Of a DNA stretch of 64,000 nt, positions 22,921 through 33,245 are shown piece by piece (position 1 is the stretch's first letter; every line of letters begins with the position of its first letter). Below the pieces are notes generated by a model. It did no database searches, was not told where the DNA came from, and saw nothing but the letters and a program-made list of their open reading frames with translations. This stretch comes from Ascoidea asiatica JCM 7603 (Eukaryota; Fungi; Ascomycota): contig BCKQ01000002.1 in assembly GCA_001600695.1 (NCBI GenBank), positions 1,776,201 through 1,840,200 on the forward strand, given 5' to 3'. The position numbers were made by a program, and so were the translations under genes.

Positions 22921-23991
22921 CTACTTTCTTTGCTTATTTGGTTTCTTTCCATTGATTTTTTCAATATCATTTTTACTTAATTGTAAACCATTTTTGGTGA
23001 ATTTACCTAATGAATTTATTTTCAAACCTCTTTGTCTCATTTTATTTTTCTCTTTCAATTGTTTTTTACTTAAAGTTGATTTACCTATTCTATCAGTTGC
23101 AGAAGATATTTTGTTATTATTACCAAGATTAAAATCTTTAATTTCATACTTTTTAGATTTTGGTAAAATTATTCCATTTTCTTTAGCCATTGATTCATAT
23201 TTCTTAGTTCTTTGAATATGTTTTTTTTTCATACCAATTCTCATACTCATTGGCATTTTTTCAAGTTTCTTTTCCTTTTGTGCTGAATCTGAACCTAAAT
23301 TATTTAATCTTTGATTCATTACTTTTATTTTCATTTTACCTATTGGCTGATCATGAAAACTATCATTAATGGTTTTTAAAGTAAGATCAGCACCAGAAAA
23401 TTGATTTGAACCCGCTGCTAAGAAATGAGATTCAGATAATAATCTTTGAAGTTGAAGATCATTTTTCATATTTTCCATATCATTTTGATTATCTTCACTT
23501 ACCATGTTTTCTAATGTTCTGATATCTTTCATTTGTTTTTGTTTTTTAATAGTTGATATGTTTGGTATATTACCAGTTTTAAGCATTTTCTTTTCTTCTT
23601 TTGAAATTAAAACAGACAGAGTATTTGAATTATTTTTTTCTGAAAATTTTACTATGACTGGTTTATGAGAGTTCAAGATCAAACCACTTTCTTTTTTGCT
23701 TATTTTTGTATTCAAATTTATATTTGAGTTTGTAATTATACTAGTATTACTCCCACCACTTACTTCATCATCAAAACCATTGAATTCCTCTTCACTTTCT
23801 GAAATATCTGAAGTTTTGCTTGTATCATAAGAATCATCATCTTCATCTATATTATCCTTATTACTTTTTTTTTTTTTGTTTTCAATTTCATCTATTTTAA
23901 AACCATATTCAACTGGAGCAAATTGCGCTTCAAAGTTTTTTCTTTGTAATTCTAAAAGTTTCAAATAATCATCATCTTCTTCGGCACTCAT
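22921..23991 (-). CDS. FAF1: 40S biogenesis factor Faf1
   Basis: ATG at 23991. LELQRKNFEAQF, NDLQLQRLLSES, KMPMSMRIGM and RQRGLKINSLGKFTKNGLQLS motifs. Confidence 0.82.
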   Translation of the reverse strand: MSAEEDDDYLKLLELQRKNFEAQFAPVEYGFKIDEIENKKKKSNKDNIDEDDDSYDTSKTSDISESEEEFNGFDDEVSGGSNTSIITNSNINLNTKISKKESGLILNSHKPVIVKFSEKNNSNTLSVLISKEEKKMLKTGNIPNISTIKKQKQMKDIRTLENMVSEDNQNDMENMKNDLQLQRLLSESHFLAAGSNQFSGADLTLKTINDSFHDQPIGKMKIKVMNQRLNNLGSDSAQKEKKLEKMPMSMRIGMKKKHIQRTKKYESMAKENGIILPKSKKYEIKDFNLGNNNKISSATDRIGKSTLSKKQLKEKNKMRQRGLKINSLGKFTKNGLQLSKNDIEKINGKKPNKQRK

Positions 23992-24918
23992 TTTGAACAG
24001 GATCCTTTGAAAGTTAATCAAATATCTTTTTTCTGATTTGATTTTTATCCAGTTGTGTTCCGATTATAAATAATTTTATTCTTCCGGTGATCTATTTTAA
24101 ATTAATTTGTTGAACAAAGAAAATGTGCAAAAAGAAGATTGAAATCCAAAATATTTTTTTACTTTCTGTGAAAAAAAATAATTTCAAAAAAAATCATAAC
24201 GAGACCGCTTTTAGGGGACTTGTTTCCTAAAATATCACGTGCGGCGTTTGGTGATCCATTTTGTTTTCCGAAATTTTTACTTCTCAATGCAAACGAGAAA
24301 AGAAAAAAGATATCGAAGATAAGGAATATAAATTTGGAAAATTTGAAAATAAAAAAATAAAAAACATGATTGAATGGTGTAAGAAAAAATGAAGAATAAG
24401 GAATAAGGAATTTCAAATAATGATCTGAAAGTGAGAACATTTAGCTTAAAGTCAACTCATAGCTAATGTCAGCCGAACCTAAATATTATTACAAAAGATC
24501 CAGTTTTGGGAAGTAAGACTAAGTAATTTGATTGGCCAATTTCGCACACTCAAAAACAATAAAGTAGGCCGAAAAATATCTTGATAGCGATAACAAAATC
24601 ACACTAAAATTTCGAAAAAGCCTACAATTTCCCAAAAAAAATTTATTAGTCCATAATTGATTTCTAATTGAAAACAAAAGATACTTATTTTCTATCTGAG
24701 CATAATTTCAAATTAATCAGTAGCTCCAACAAAAATTATCAGTCGTTATTTTGGTTTCCATATCTGATATTCGAATTTATGAAAATATGGTGTTTAGAGA
24801 AAAATAATATAAATAATAAATCAAATTCTATGATTACTTATGAGACTATTTTTAAATATCAGTTTTTATAACCACAATTATAATTACAATCATAAATACA
24901 GATACAATCTCAGTTGCA

Positions 24919-26115
24919 ATGCCTGCTTTAACACCAGAAATAATTAATGGAAATAATGATAAAGGAGTCCCTAGTAATGTTTATGATGATATTATTACTC
25001 CCTTAATGAATGAAATTTTAGCAAAACCAGGTTTTAATCCAAACGTTGCTTTTGATTTTGATAAACATGTAATTTTTAATCCAAAAATTGATTATGAAAA
25101 ATATAAACCTGTTACATTATCGGAATTAAATATCAATCATCCTGAACAATGTTCAGATTTTGCTTTTACCAAAGCTTTTCCTTTATATTCTAATGAAGCT
25201 ATAGATATTATGAGATATGAATTATTTCAAAAAAAAATTATTTTAAAATATGGTAGATTAGCAAATTTAACTAAATTTAAAGGAATGGATTTACAAATTG
25301 CAGGCTATACAAATTTAACACCTTTTATTTTAAAAGCCAGTACTCATCCAAAAGTTATTGAAATTTTTAGTAATTTTGCAAAAATCAATTTAACCTATAT
25401 GATGCCATTTGAAATCGCTTCAGTTAATTTTGGTATTAAACCTTTTGAACAAGTAAAACATGAAAATGAAAATAAAAAATTATATTTAGATAAAAATAAC
25501 TCTGTTTTTGATAAAGAATCAGATTTTGTAAGAGGCTGGCATTATGATTCAAATAGTTATAGTTTGATTGTTATGTTATCTGATACAACTAAGATGATTG
25601 GTGGAGAAACTGCAGTTGAAACAGGTAATGGAGATATTTTGAAAATTGATAATTATCAAAAAGGTTGGGCTTCATTAGTTCAAGCTCATTGTATTAATCA
25701 TATTGCTTTAAAACCATATTGTTCAGTTGAAAGAATTACCTCTGTTACATCTTTTAGACCAAAATCTTTTTTACATAGAGAACCATCTTTATTAACTACA
25801 ATTAAACCTTCAATTTTACCAAGATCAATTTATAGTGATTTTTATCCTGAGTGGATGGATTATCGTTTAAATATTCTTTCTGAAAGAGTTAATTGGTTAA
25901 AAACAAAAGTACAAAACAATAAAAATGATGGAAAAGATTTTAATCAAATTGAAGTCATTAATTATATGGAAGATTTAAGTCACTATTGTAAAGCAACTTG
26001 GAGAGAATTTGAAGTTGTTGATGAAGGAAGATATGATCAACCACCAAAAAAAAGATTCATAGAAAATTGGGAATGTACTCCAGTTGGCGAAAAAATTTTG
26101 GATTTTACTTACTAG
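24919..26115 (+). CDS. Fungal Fe(II)/2-oxoglutarate dioxygenase-like protein
   Basis: WHYDS (HxD)…MLSD…GGET…H…ERITSVTSFRP jelly-roll signature. Confidence 0.7.
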   Translation: MPALTPEIINGNNDKGVPSNVYDDIITPLMNEILAKPGFNPNVAFDFDKHVIFNPKIDYEKYKPVTLSELNINHPEQCSDFAFTKAFPLYSNEAIDIMRYELFQKKIILKYGRLANLTKFKGMDLQIAGYTNLTPFILKASTHPKVIEIFSNFAKINLTYMMPFEIASVNFGIKPFEQVKHENENKKLYLDKNNSVFDKESDFVRGWHYDSNSYSLIVMLSDTTKMIGGETAVETGNGDILKIDNYQKGWASLVQAHCINHIALKPYCSVERITSVTSFRPKSFLHREPSLLTTIKPSILPRSIYSDFYPEWMDYRLNILSERVNWLKTKVQNNKNDGKDFNQIEVINYMEDLSHYCKATWREFEVVDEGRYDQPPKKRFIENWECTPVGEKILDFTY

Positions 26116-26279
26116 TTTTACACTTCTAAGCTTTTTATACGGTTTTTATATCATTGTTTTTTTTATACAAAAAAAATTTTAATTCTCTAACTTATAGCCT
26201 CAATTAAATATGAATCCAATATATAAATATATATATCAATTCAAAAGTTCTTTAAAATTAGTTTGTAAAGCAAGATAAA

Positions 26280-26975
26280 TCAAATAGGTGGTAAATTGTT
26301 TTTTATAAAATTTGTTAGATCTGAAATTTCTTCTTCATTTATTTGATGTTCCATACCTGGATAACCTTTGAAAGAAATATTTGAAAATCCAATTTGGTTT
26401 TTAAAAAAATCAAAAGTTTGTCTACCATACTCATACCCAACCATGGGATCATTTGTTCCATGAAATAATGAAATAGGTGTATCCAAATTTTTACATTCAT
26501 TTTTTTCTTCCAACAATTTTGATTTAATTTTTACAAATCCAGAACATGATATAAAACCAGCCAATTTATAGTTACTTAAAACACTCATTGCTAGAGTTAA
26601 TGAAGCTCCTTGAGAAAATCCACCAAGAATTATTCTTTCTGAAGGAATTTTATCTTTCTTCACCAAGTTTTCAATTATCTCATTTATTTGACCAACTGAT
26701 TTTAAATAACCTTCAGTGTCATCCTTTTCTAATGGGTTTCCAATATCATACATATCAAACCAACTTGTCATACTGTAACCACCATTGGCAGTAATTGGCA
26801 TTTCATTGGCTTGTGGGAAAACACATTTGATGTGATTGTATTGTTTTCCATATTGAGCTTTCATAATTTGGGGAAGAAATTTAAAAGAAGCAGCATAATC
26901 ACCCAACCCATGAATGAAAACAAGAGCAGCTGTAGCTTTTCCTATAGAATCAACAGTCAAAGAACCAATACACAT
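26280..26975 (-). CDS. Acyl-protein thioesterase 1 / phospholipase-carboxylesterase
   Basis: HGLGD, GGFSQG nucleophile elbow, HGTNDPMV, GMEH catalytic triad. Confidence 0.9.
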   Translation of the reverse strand: MCIGSLTVDSIGKATAALVFIHGLGDYAASFKFLPQIMKAQYGKQYNHIKCVFPQANEMPITANGGYSMTSWFDMYDIGNPLEKDDTEGYLKSVGQINEIIENLVKKDKIPSERIILGGFSQGASLTLAMSVLSNYKLAGFISCSGFVKIKSKLLEEKNECKNLDTPISLFHGTNDPMVGYEYGRQTFDFFKNQIGFSNISFKGYPGMEHQINEEEISDLTNFIKNNLPPI

Positions 26976-27460
26976 TTCTTAGTTGGTAACAAAAAATTTT
27001 TCAGATTTACTGATTGAAATTATTTGATTTAATTTAATCTCTCTACAGTTGTATTTATTGTTTATTTTATTCATTTATTTGTCACCGCAATCTTTATTTT
27101 ATTCTATTGATATTTATTAAGTAACCCGGAATCATAGTTGGTTATTTGAAGTTAATTATTTAAATGTTTTTCAATAGAAAGAATTGAAGCAACTTTATTT
27201 ATTTATTTTAGATATCCTTAAGATTGAAAGGAAAAAGTTTGGCATTATCCTTTTTGATACAGCCTAATCCAGCTCAGTAACATACTTTTCGAATCGTATG
27301 CCTAAACACTTCTTGGAAAAAGATTATAATGGTAATAATTACATTATGAGGAAAGTGAAGATAAAATAATATAAAATAAATCTTTCTTATAAATTATATA
27401 TATATATATATATATATTGTATACAAATATACTCTAGTCAGAATTTTTTAGACATAACAT

Positions 27461-29683
27461 TTAATTTTTTTTGTTACCATATTTCTTAACAGTTTTTCCA
27501 TCAGGAATTGTAAAAAATACAGCTGGAGAAGATTCAGTAGGTGCTTTATCAAGACGATAATAACCTTTTCTCTCAAATTGAATAATATCACCAATTTTCA
27601 TATTTTTAACATTCACATCACCATAAGTAGCAGTATGAAATTCAGTTTCTGGAGTTAAAAAGTCTTCGAAATTATCACCTTCATCTAATTTATCTTTAGT
27701 AATTAAATGATCAAAATCAACAAAATCACATTCAACTTTATCCTCAGTATCAGCTAACCAAGTTAATTTCTTTTTAGTTTTACGGAAATCACCATCTAAG
27801 TGTAATTTTGCTTTGATTTCGGTAACAATTCCATTATCATCTTTGACAATATCTTCAATAATAACATTACCCCAATCCATAAGAGTAACTTCTTTATCAC
27901 CATCTTCAGAAATAGCAGAGGCATCTTCTTGATCTATCAAACATTTGGAATAATAAATAACATCCTTTTCACCAACATCTGGATTTTTTTTATGTTTTGC
28001 TTTTTTTTCAGTATAAGGTTTTTCAGGACCATCTAAAATATTTAATAAAGTTGCATTTTCTTTAATAACTGCAGAATGTCTTGGAGCAATTGGATCAATA
28101 ACTTTTTTATTAACAGCCCAAATTGAAGACCATTCTAAATTAATAATATTTCTTGAAGGGCCTTGAGCAATAACAAAATCTCTTAAACCTTCAACAGTCA
28201 TACCACGTCTTCTTACACCTCTAACAGTTGGAAATCTTGGATCATCCCAATTTGAAACGTATTTTTTATCAACAAACCATTGTAATTTTCTTTTTGATAA
28301 TAAAGTTCTAACAAAATTAACTCTTGCAAAATCCCAAATATGAACAGGTCTAATACCTAAAGCTTTTTGCATCCATTCATATTGTGGATTACGATCTCTA
28401 TATTCAATAGTTCTTAAAGCATGAGTTACACCTTCAATAGAATCTATTACAGGAACACAAAAATCATAAGTTGGATACATTTTCCATTGAGAACCAGTTC
28501 TATGATGTGGAGTTAAATTACATCTATATATAACAGGATCTCTAAGAGCTTTATTTGGAATATCAAAAGAAATTTTTGCTCTTAAACAATTTTTTAAACC
28601 AATTTCAGTTGCATTTAACATTTCAATAGTGAAAATTTGTAAATTTTCTTCAATTGATCTATCTCTTCTTTGAGATTTAATTCCATCCATTCTTTCAGCT
28701 CTCATTTTTTCTAAAGGAGTATCATCACAATATGCTTTACCATTTTTAATCATACCAATAGCTAATTGATACATTTCTTCGAAATAATCAGAAGAAAAAG
28801 TAATTTTATCACCTTTTATACCTAATAATTTTAAATCTTCAATAATTGATTGTTCATATTCCGATTTTTCTTTAGTTGGATTTGTATCATCAAATCTAAT
28901 AATTAATTTACCATGATACATATTTGCAAAATATTGATTTAATAAAGCAGCTTTTGCATGACCAATATGTAAATATCCAGAAGGTTCAGGAGGAAATCTT
29001 GTTACAACTTCACCATCTTTTGCATCAATTAAATCTATATTAAAATTAGCTTTATGAGATTTTTTATTTGAATTTTTATTATTTTTAGAATTATCAGTAC
29101 TTTTATTATTATTTGAATTTTTATTTGCAGTTAAAAAATTATAAATTAAATTTGAAGAAGAATTAAATGCTGGATAAGATTCAATAAAATTATACCAACG
29201 TGTTAAATTTAAAAATGCAGAACTTTTAATAATTGAAGATAGAATTATATTTGATTTAATTATACCCCAGATTGCAATATCAGATATTGAAATTTGATAA
29301 TTAATGAAAAATGAATTTAAATTTAAATGTAGATCTAAAATATTTAAAAATGGAGATAATTCTTTAAAATTTTTTGTTAATAAATTTTTAATTGCAAAAT
29401 CAATCCAAACTTCAGAATTTTTAAAATCTTTTAAATAATTTGGAAATTTAATTGATAAATATTTTAAAGAAGTTTTTAAATCGGTTAATGGAAATTTAAA
29501 TTCTTCATTATCATTATCTTGATCTTTAATTGGATTTAATAAAAAAGTTGAAGAGATTGAATCTTTTTTAATAATTTTATCATTAATTAATTCAATTTTA
29601 ATTGGAGAATTTGGAATTGAATTAATTGCAATAATTAAAGGATATGGTAAAATTTGAGCTTTTGCAGCAACAATCAAACTCAT
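27461..29683 (-). CDS. GUS1: Cytosolic glutamyl-tRNA synthetase
   Basis: TRFPPEPSGYLHIGHAKAA, LLSKRKL, GST-like N-terminal domain. Confidence 0.96.
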   Translation of the reverse strand: MSLIVAAKAQILPYPLIIAINSIPNSPIKIELINDKIIKKDSISSTFLLNPIKDQDNDNEEFKFPLTDLKTSLKYLSIKFPNYLKDFKNSEVWIDFAIKNLLTKNFKELSPFLNILDLHLNLNSFFINYQISISDIAIWGIIKSNIILSSIIKSSAFLNLTRWYNFIESYPAFNSSSNLIYNFLTANKNSNNNKSTDNSKNNKNSNKKSHKANFNIDLIDAKDGEVVTRFPPEPSGYLHIGHAKAALLNQYFANMYHGKLIIRFDDTNPTKEKSEYEQSIIEDLKLLGIKGDKITFSSDYFEEMYQLAIGMIKNGKAYCDDTPLEKMRAERMDGIKSQRRDRSIEENLQIFTIEMLNATEIGLKNCLRAKISFDIPNKALRDPVIYRCNLTPHHRTGSQWKMYPTYDFCVPVIDSIEGVTHALRTIEYRDRNPQYEWMQKALGIRPVHIWDFARVNFVRTLLSKRKLQWFVDKKYVSNWDDPRFPTVRGVRRRGMTVEGLRDFVIAQGPSRNIINLEWSSIWAVNKKVIDPIAPRHSAVIKENATLLNILDGPEKPYTEKKAKHKKNPDVGEKDVIYYSKCLIDQEDASAISEDGDKEVTLMDWGNVIIEDIVKDDNGIVTEIKAKLHLDGDFRKTKKKLTWLADTEDKVECDFVDFDHLITKDKLDEGDNFEDFLTPETEFHTATYGDVNVKNMKIGDIIQFERKGYYRLDKAPTESSPAVFFTIPDGKTVKKYGNKKN

Positions 29684-29902
29684 TTTTAAATAAGATATAT
29701 ATTGATATATTGAAAATTAACTTAATTAATAAATTGAATAATGAATATAAAAATTAAATATATAAATTAGAAATAAAAAAATCAAATTGATATATTGAAA
29801 TGAAATTAAATTGATTGTTTTTATATTTTTAATTTGAATATTTAAAAATTTTTAGAAATATTAAGTTAAATGGACACTGCGGCAGTTTTAAATAGGAAAT
29901 TA

Positions 29903-29909
29903 TGAGTCA
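29903..29909 (-). promoter_or_regulatory. Gcn4-type site TGACTCA in the GUS1/TYW3 divergent promoter
   Basis: Perfect TGAGTCA on the plus strand, about 220 bp upstream of an aminoacyl-tRNA synthetase. Confidence 0.5.
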
Positions 29910-30123
29910 AATAGCCGCTGAGAAAAATAATGAAAAATATGTGAGGAATCATGAAGTTGTTAGTAATTTAAGTCACAATGATAATACACACTTTTAACAG
30001 CGGAAACAAAAATTATTTATTCATAACTTATTATACAGTATTGTTAATTAATTAATGGTCATGATGATAATGATATGATATAATATAAGGTAGTAAGAAT
30101 AGAATAGAGTAGAATAAATTACA

Positions 30124-31053
30124 ATGGCACAAGATTCATTTGAACAAAAGAAGAAGAGTATAATAAAGGATATACTATTGAATAATGAAGATAATCCAGA
30201 TTCATCACCAAAAGGAACAATTGATGAATTATGTTTACCAATAATTAAGTTAATTAATTCATTTAATGATTATGTGACTACAAGTTCATGTTCTGGTAGA
30301 ATTAGTGTATTCATTGAAGGTCAAAAAGAAAAGAAAAGTAAAGTAAATAATAATGATGAGGATCAAGATAAGATATTTAAGATTGGTGGTAAAGGAGAAG
30401 GAGGACATTGGATTTATGTTAGTCATGATAAGAGAGAAATAAATGAATGGTATAAAAAATTAAATTTTCAATATAACAGTAATAATAATAATGACTATGA
30501 AAAAAAGAAGAAATTTAGTGTAAGTACTAGATATATATTGTTTAAATTTGAACCATTGATATTACATATTAAATGTAGAAATTTTGAAATGGCAAGTAAA
30601 TTATATAATATTGCAATGAGTTGTGGATTTCGAGAAAGTGGAATTGGAGTTAATAATAATTTAGCAATTAGAATTTCAATTAAATTAGATATACCTATTG
30701 GATATCTAGGTAATGAAAACAATCAAGTAGGAAAGGAAAATGAAGTACAGGAAGAATTAAATTTATTTGTTGATGAAGATTATTTGAATATGATTACAGA
30801 ATTATCATTGGAGAGATTTAATGAGAATGAAAAAAGATTAAAATATTTATATGATTCAATTGAAAAATTTAAAAATGAGTTAGAATTAAAAGTTAACTCT
30901 ACTGACAATGAAAATAAGAATAGTATGAGTGAAAGCAAAGAGGAAAGAAGAGAAAGAAAACAAAAGGAAGGATTGGCAAGACAGGCAGAGGTCCAACGAC
31001 AGAAGATGAGCCAGCAGAATTTGATGGATTTGGAGAACGAACAAAATCATTAA
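30124..31053 (+). CDS. TYW3: tRNA wybutosine methyltransferase Tyw3
   Basis: DSSPKGTID, VTTSSCSGRISVF, FKFEPLILH and GFRESG motifs. Confidence 0.93.
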   Translation: MAQDSFEQKKKSIIKDILLNNEDNPDSSPKGTIDELCLPIIKLINSFNDYVTTSSCSGRISVFIEGQKEKKSKVNNNDEDQDKIFKIGGKGEGGHWIYVSHDKREINEWYKKLNFQYNSNNNNDYEKKKKFSVSTRYILFKFEPLILHIKCRNFEMASKLYNIAMSCGFRESGIGVNNNLAIRISIKLDIPIGYLGNENNQVGKENEVQEELNLFVDEDYLNMITELSLERFNENEKRLKYLYDSIEKFKNELELKVNSTDNENKNSMSESKEERRERKQKEGLARQAEVQRQKMSQQNLMDLENEQNH

Positions 31054-31104
31054 ATTCAATAGCAAGTAATAATGCAATACAATAGAATACAATAAAATAC
31101 AGTT

Positions 31105-31480
31105 AAATGTAGTTACAAACTCATTCGAGTCCACTTCTGTGGATATATATGTCTTTATCCTAGAAGTGGCTGGCGCTGTGTCCATATGCCAGTGTCCTAT
31201 AACTTCTCTTAAACCACATCTAGCTGTTCTGCGTGGGGTCACACTCGTTTCTTTCTCTCTCCTCGCCATCAGCCAACGGGTTTTCCTTAACTCAGCAGCT
31301 CAGCAACTCGTTAACTGCAATGATTCCCCGTGGTAGAATAAATGGCGTATTTCGGTGGAGCACTTCACTGGTGCATTTCAGAACTGAGCTGGGTGTGTTT
31401 TGTGTGGGTGATGATGAAGCTGCAGACCTTTTTTCTTTGTTTTCCACTTCCACTGTTTTCATGGAGGTTTAAACAGCTTT
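31105..31480 (-). ncRNA. Candidate structured ncRNA (large H/ACA-type RNA and/or telomerase RNA core)
   Basis: GC-rich island with several stems (CCACUUCU/AGAAGUGG, CUGGC/GCCAG, CAGCUCAG/CUGAGCUG, AAGCUGU/GCAGCUU). Most G-U pairs favour the minus strand. Ends AGAGAA - hairpin - ACAUUU. Confidence 0.55.
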
Positions 31481-31964
31481 CTGGAGATTTGAATCAGGAT
31501 TCAATGCCAATTAAATATCAATTGAATATCAATTGAAATATTATTTCACCTTCGATATTTCATTATTAATAAAAAGATAATCCACCTTTATTTCAATTCA
31601 ATTTCACTAATTCATATCCACCTATTCAAATATTCAAATATTATCATTATCATTATTATCAGTATTTTTATCATCGGTTAACTGATATTCCCAATTGTTT
31701 TCCGGGTTCTTTAACTGAATAATCTTTAATAGAGGGACACTTTTTATCATTTATTTATTATTAATCTCTTTCATTTTATTTCATTTACAAACTAAATTTA
31801 TTCATCCCCTTTGTCTAATATTTTTATAATTTAATAAGAGTAATTATTATATTTCATAATTATATCAAAGTATTAATTATATCTTATTTTTCGTAAAAAA
31901 AATTCATTATTTCTATAAATCTATAAATCCTTAAATCTATATACATCATATTTCATATTTAATA

Positions 31965-33245
31965 ATGTTTCGCTTATTATCAAAATCTACAATAAATGCA
32001 TCATCAAAATCATTTTTGGTTTCAAATATTACTAAATCAATTACAATTAATAATTTCAAAAAAAACTTTCATAATTCAAATTTAATCTTAAATGCTTCAA
32101 TCTTTCGTTTTCCTGCAATGTCTCCAACTATGGATCAAGGTAATTTAATATCTTGGAAAGTTAAAGAAGGTGATTCTTATAATTCCGGTGATTGTTTACT
32201 TGAAGTTGAAACTGATAAAGCTCAAATTGATGTTGAAGCTCAAGATGATGGAATTTTAGCAAAAATTTTAATTTCTGAAGGTACAAAAGATATACCTGTT
32301 GGTAAACCAATTGCTTTTATTGCTGAACCTGGTGATGATTTAAAATCTCTAGAATTTCCATCCCTTGAAGCTGAATCTGAAGCTACTCCAATAAAAAAAC
32401 AAGAAGAAGAACCAAAAAAAGAAGAAGTAAAAGAATCTACTCCTTCTACTAGCACCCCTTCAAATTCTCAATCAACAAATCTTAACCAAGTCTTTTTCCC
32501 TTCAGTTTCAACTTTATTACTTGAAAATAATATCTCAAGAGATGATGCTTTATCTAAAATACCTGCTTCTGGTCCAAATGGTAGAATATTAAAAGGTGAT
32601 GTATTATCTTATTTAGGTAAAATATCTTCAAATTCTTTAAATAAATTAAATGATTATATTCATAAAACTGAACATTTAGATTTATCTAATATAACTTCAA
32701 TTCCATTAACTTCTTTAACAAAAGAATCAAAAGAAAAAGATACTGATAATAAGCAAGAAACAGAAAAGAAAATTGAAAAAAAAATTGAGAAAAAAGAACC
32801 TGTTATAATTTCAAAAGTTTTTAATTTATCAAATTTAATTAATTTACAAAAAACTTCAATTAATAAAGTTCAACCTTTTACAATTAATGAATTTATTAAA
32901 AAATCTTCAAAAGCTTCAGAAGTTTTTGCTTATAAAAAAAATAAAATTAATTCTGATTATTATGATGATTTATTTGAAGATTTAGTTCAACCTTCATCAA
33001 ATATTGAAAGATTTAAAATCATTAATTTAAATATTAATTATGGTAATTCAAATAAACCATTTCAACCAAAACCAACAATTTTCGAATTATTAAGTCAATC
33101 AAATAGTAATCCTAATCCAACCACAATTACTTCTGATCCAACTGTTGAAGTGCAAGTATTAGTTAATGATAACGTTATTGATGCAAAAGAAAAAGCTACA
33201 ATTTATCTTCAAAAATTAGGTGAATATCTTCAACCTGAACTTTAA
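31965..33245 (+). CDS. PDX1: Pyruvate dehydrogenase complex protein X (E3-binding protein)
   Basis: Mitochondrial presequence, lipoyl domain (MSPTM…VETDKAQIDVE), E3-binding motif ASGPNGRILKGDVL, no catalytic E2 domain. Confidence 0.9.
   Translation: MFRLLSKSTINASSKSFLVSNITKSITINNFKKNFHNSNLILNASIFRFPAMSPTMDQGNLISWKVKEGDSYNSGDCLLEVETDKAQIDVEAQDDGILAKILISEGTKDIPVGKPIAFIAEPGDDLKSLEFPSLEAESEATPIKKQEEEPKKEEVKESTPSTSTPSNSQSTNLNQVFFPSVSTLLLENNISRDDALSKIPASGPNGRILKGDVLSYLGKISSNSLNKLNDYIHKTEHLDLSNITSIPLTSLTKESKEKDTDNKQETEKKIEKKIEKKEPVIISKVFNLSNLINLQKTSINKVQPFTINEFIKKSSKASEVFAYKKNKINSDYYDDLFEDLVQPSSNIERFKIINLNINYGNSNKPFQPKPTIFELLSQSNSNPNPTTITSDPTVEVQVLVNDNVIDAKEKATIYLQKLGEYLQPEL

Noticed and set aside
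19002-26975. PXP2 + dioxygenase + thioesterase as a metabolic gene cluster
   Set aside because: They are interleaved with MLH1 and FAF1, and there is no backbone enzyme or dedicated regulator.
31330-31400. RNase P/MRP, U-snRNA, SRP RNA or C/D snoRNA identity for the structured island
   Set aside because: No P4 halves, U1/U2/U5 signatures or SRP motifs found. The rRNA-antisense tract before CUGA is one nt out of register for the known methylation site and has no upstream C box.
30886-31536. Short ORFs over the TYW3-PDX1 GC island
   Set aside because: No homology cues and atypical codon use; the extensive base-pairing is better explained by an RNA.
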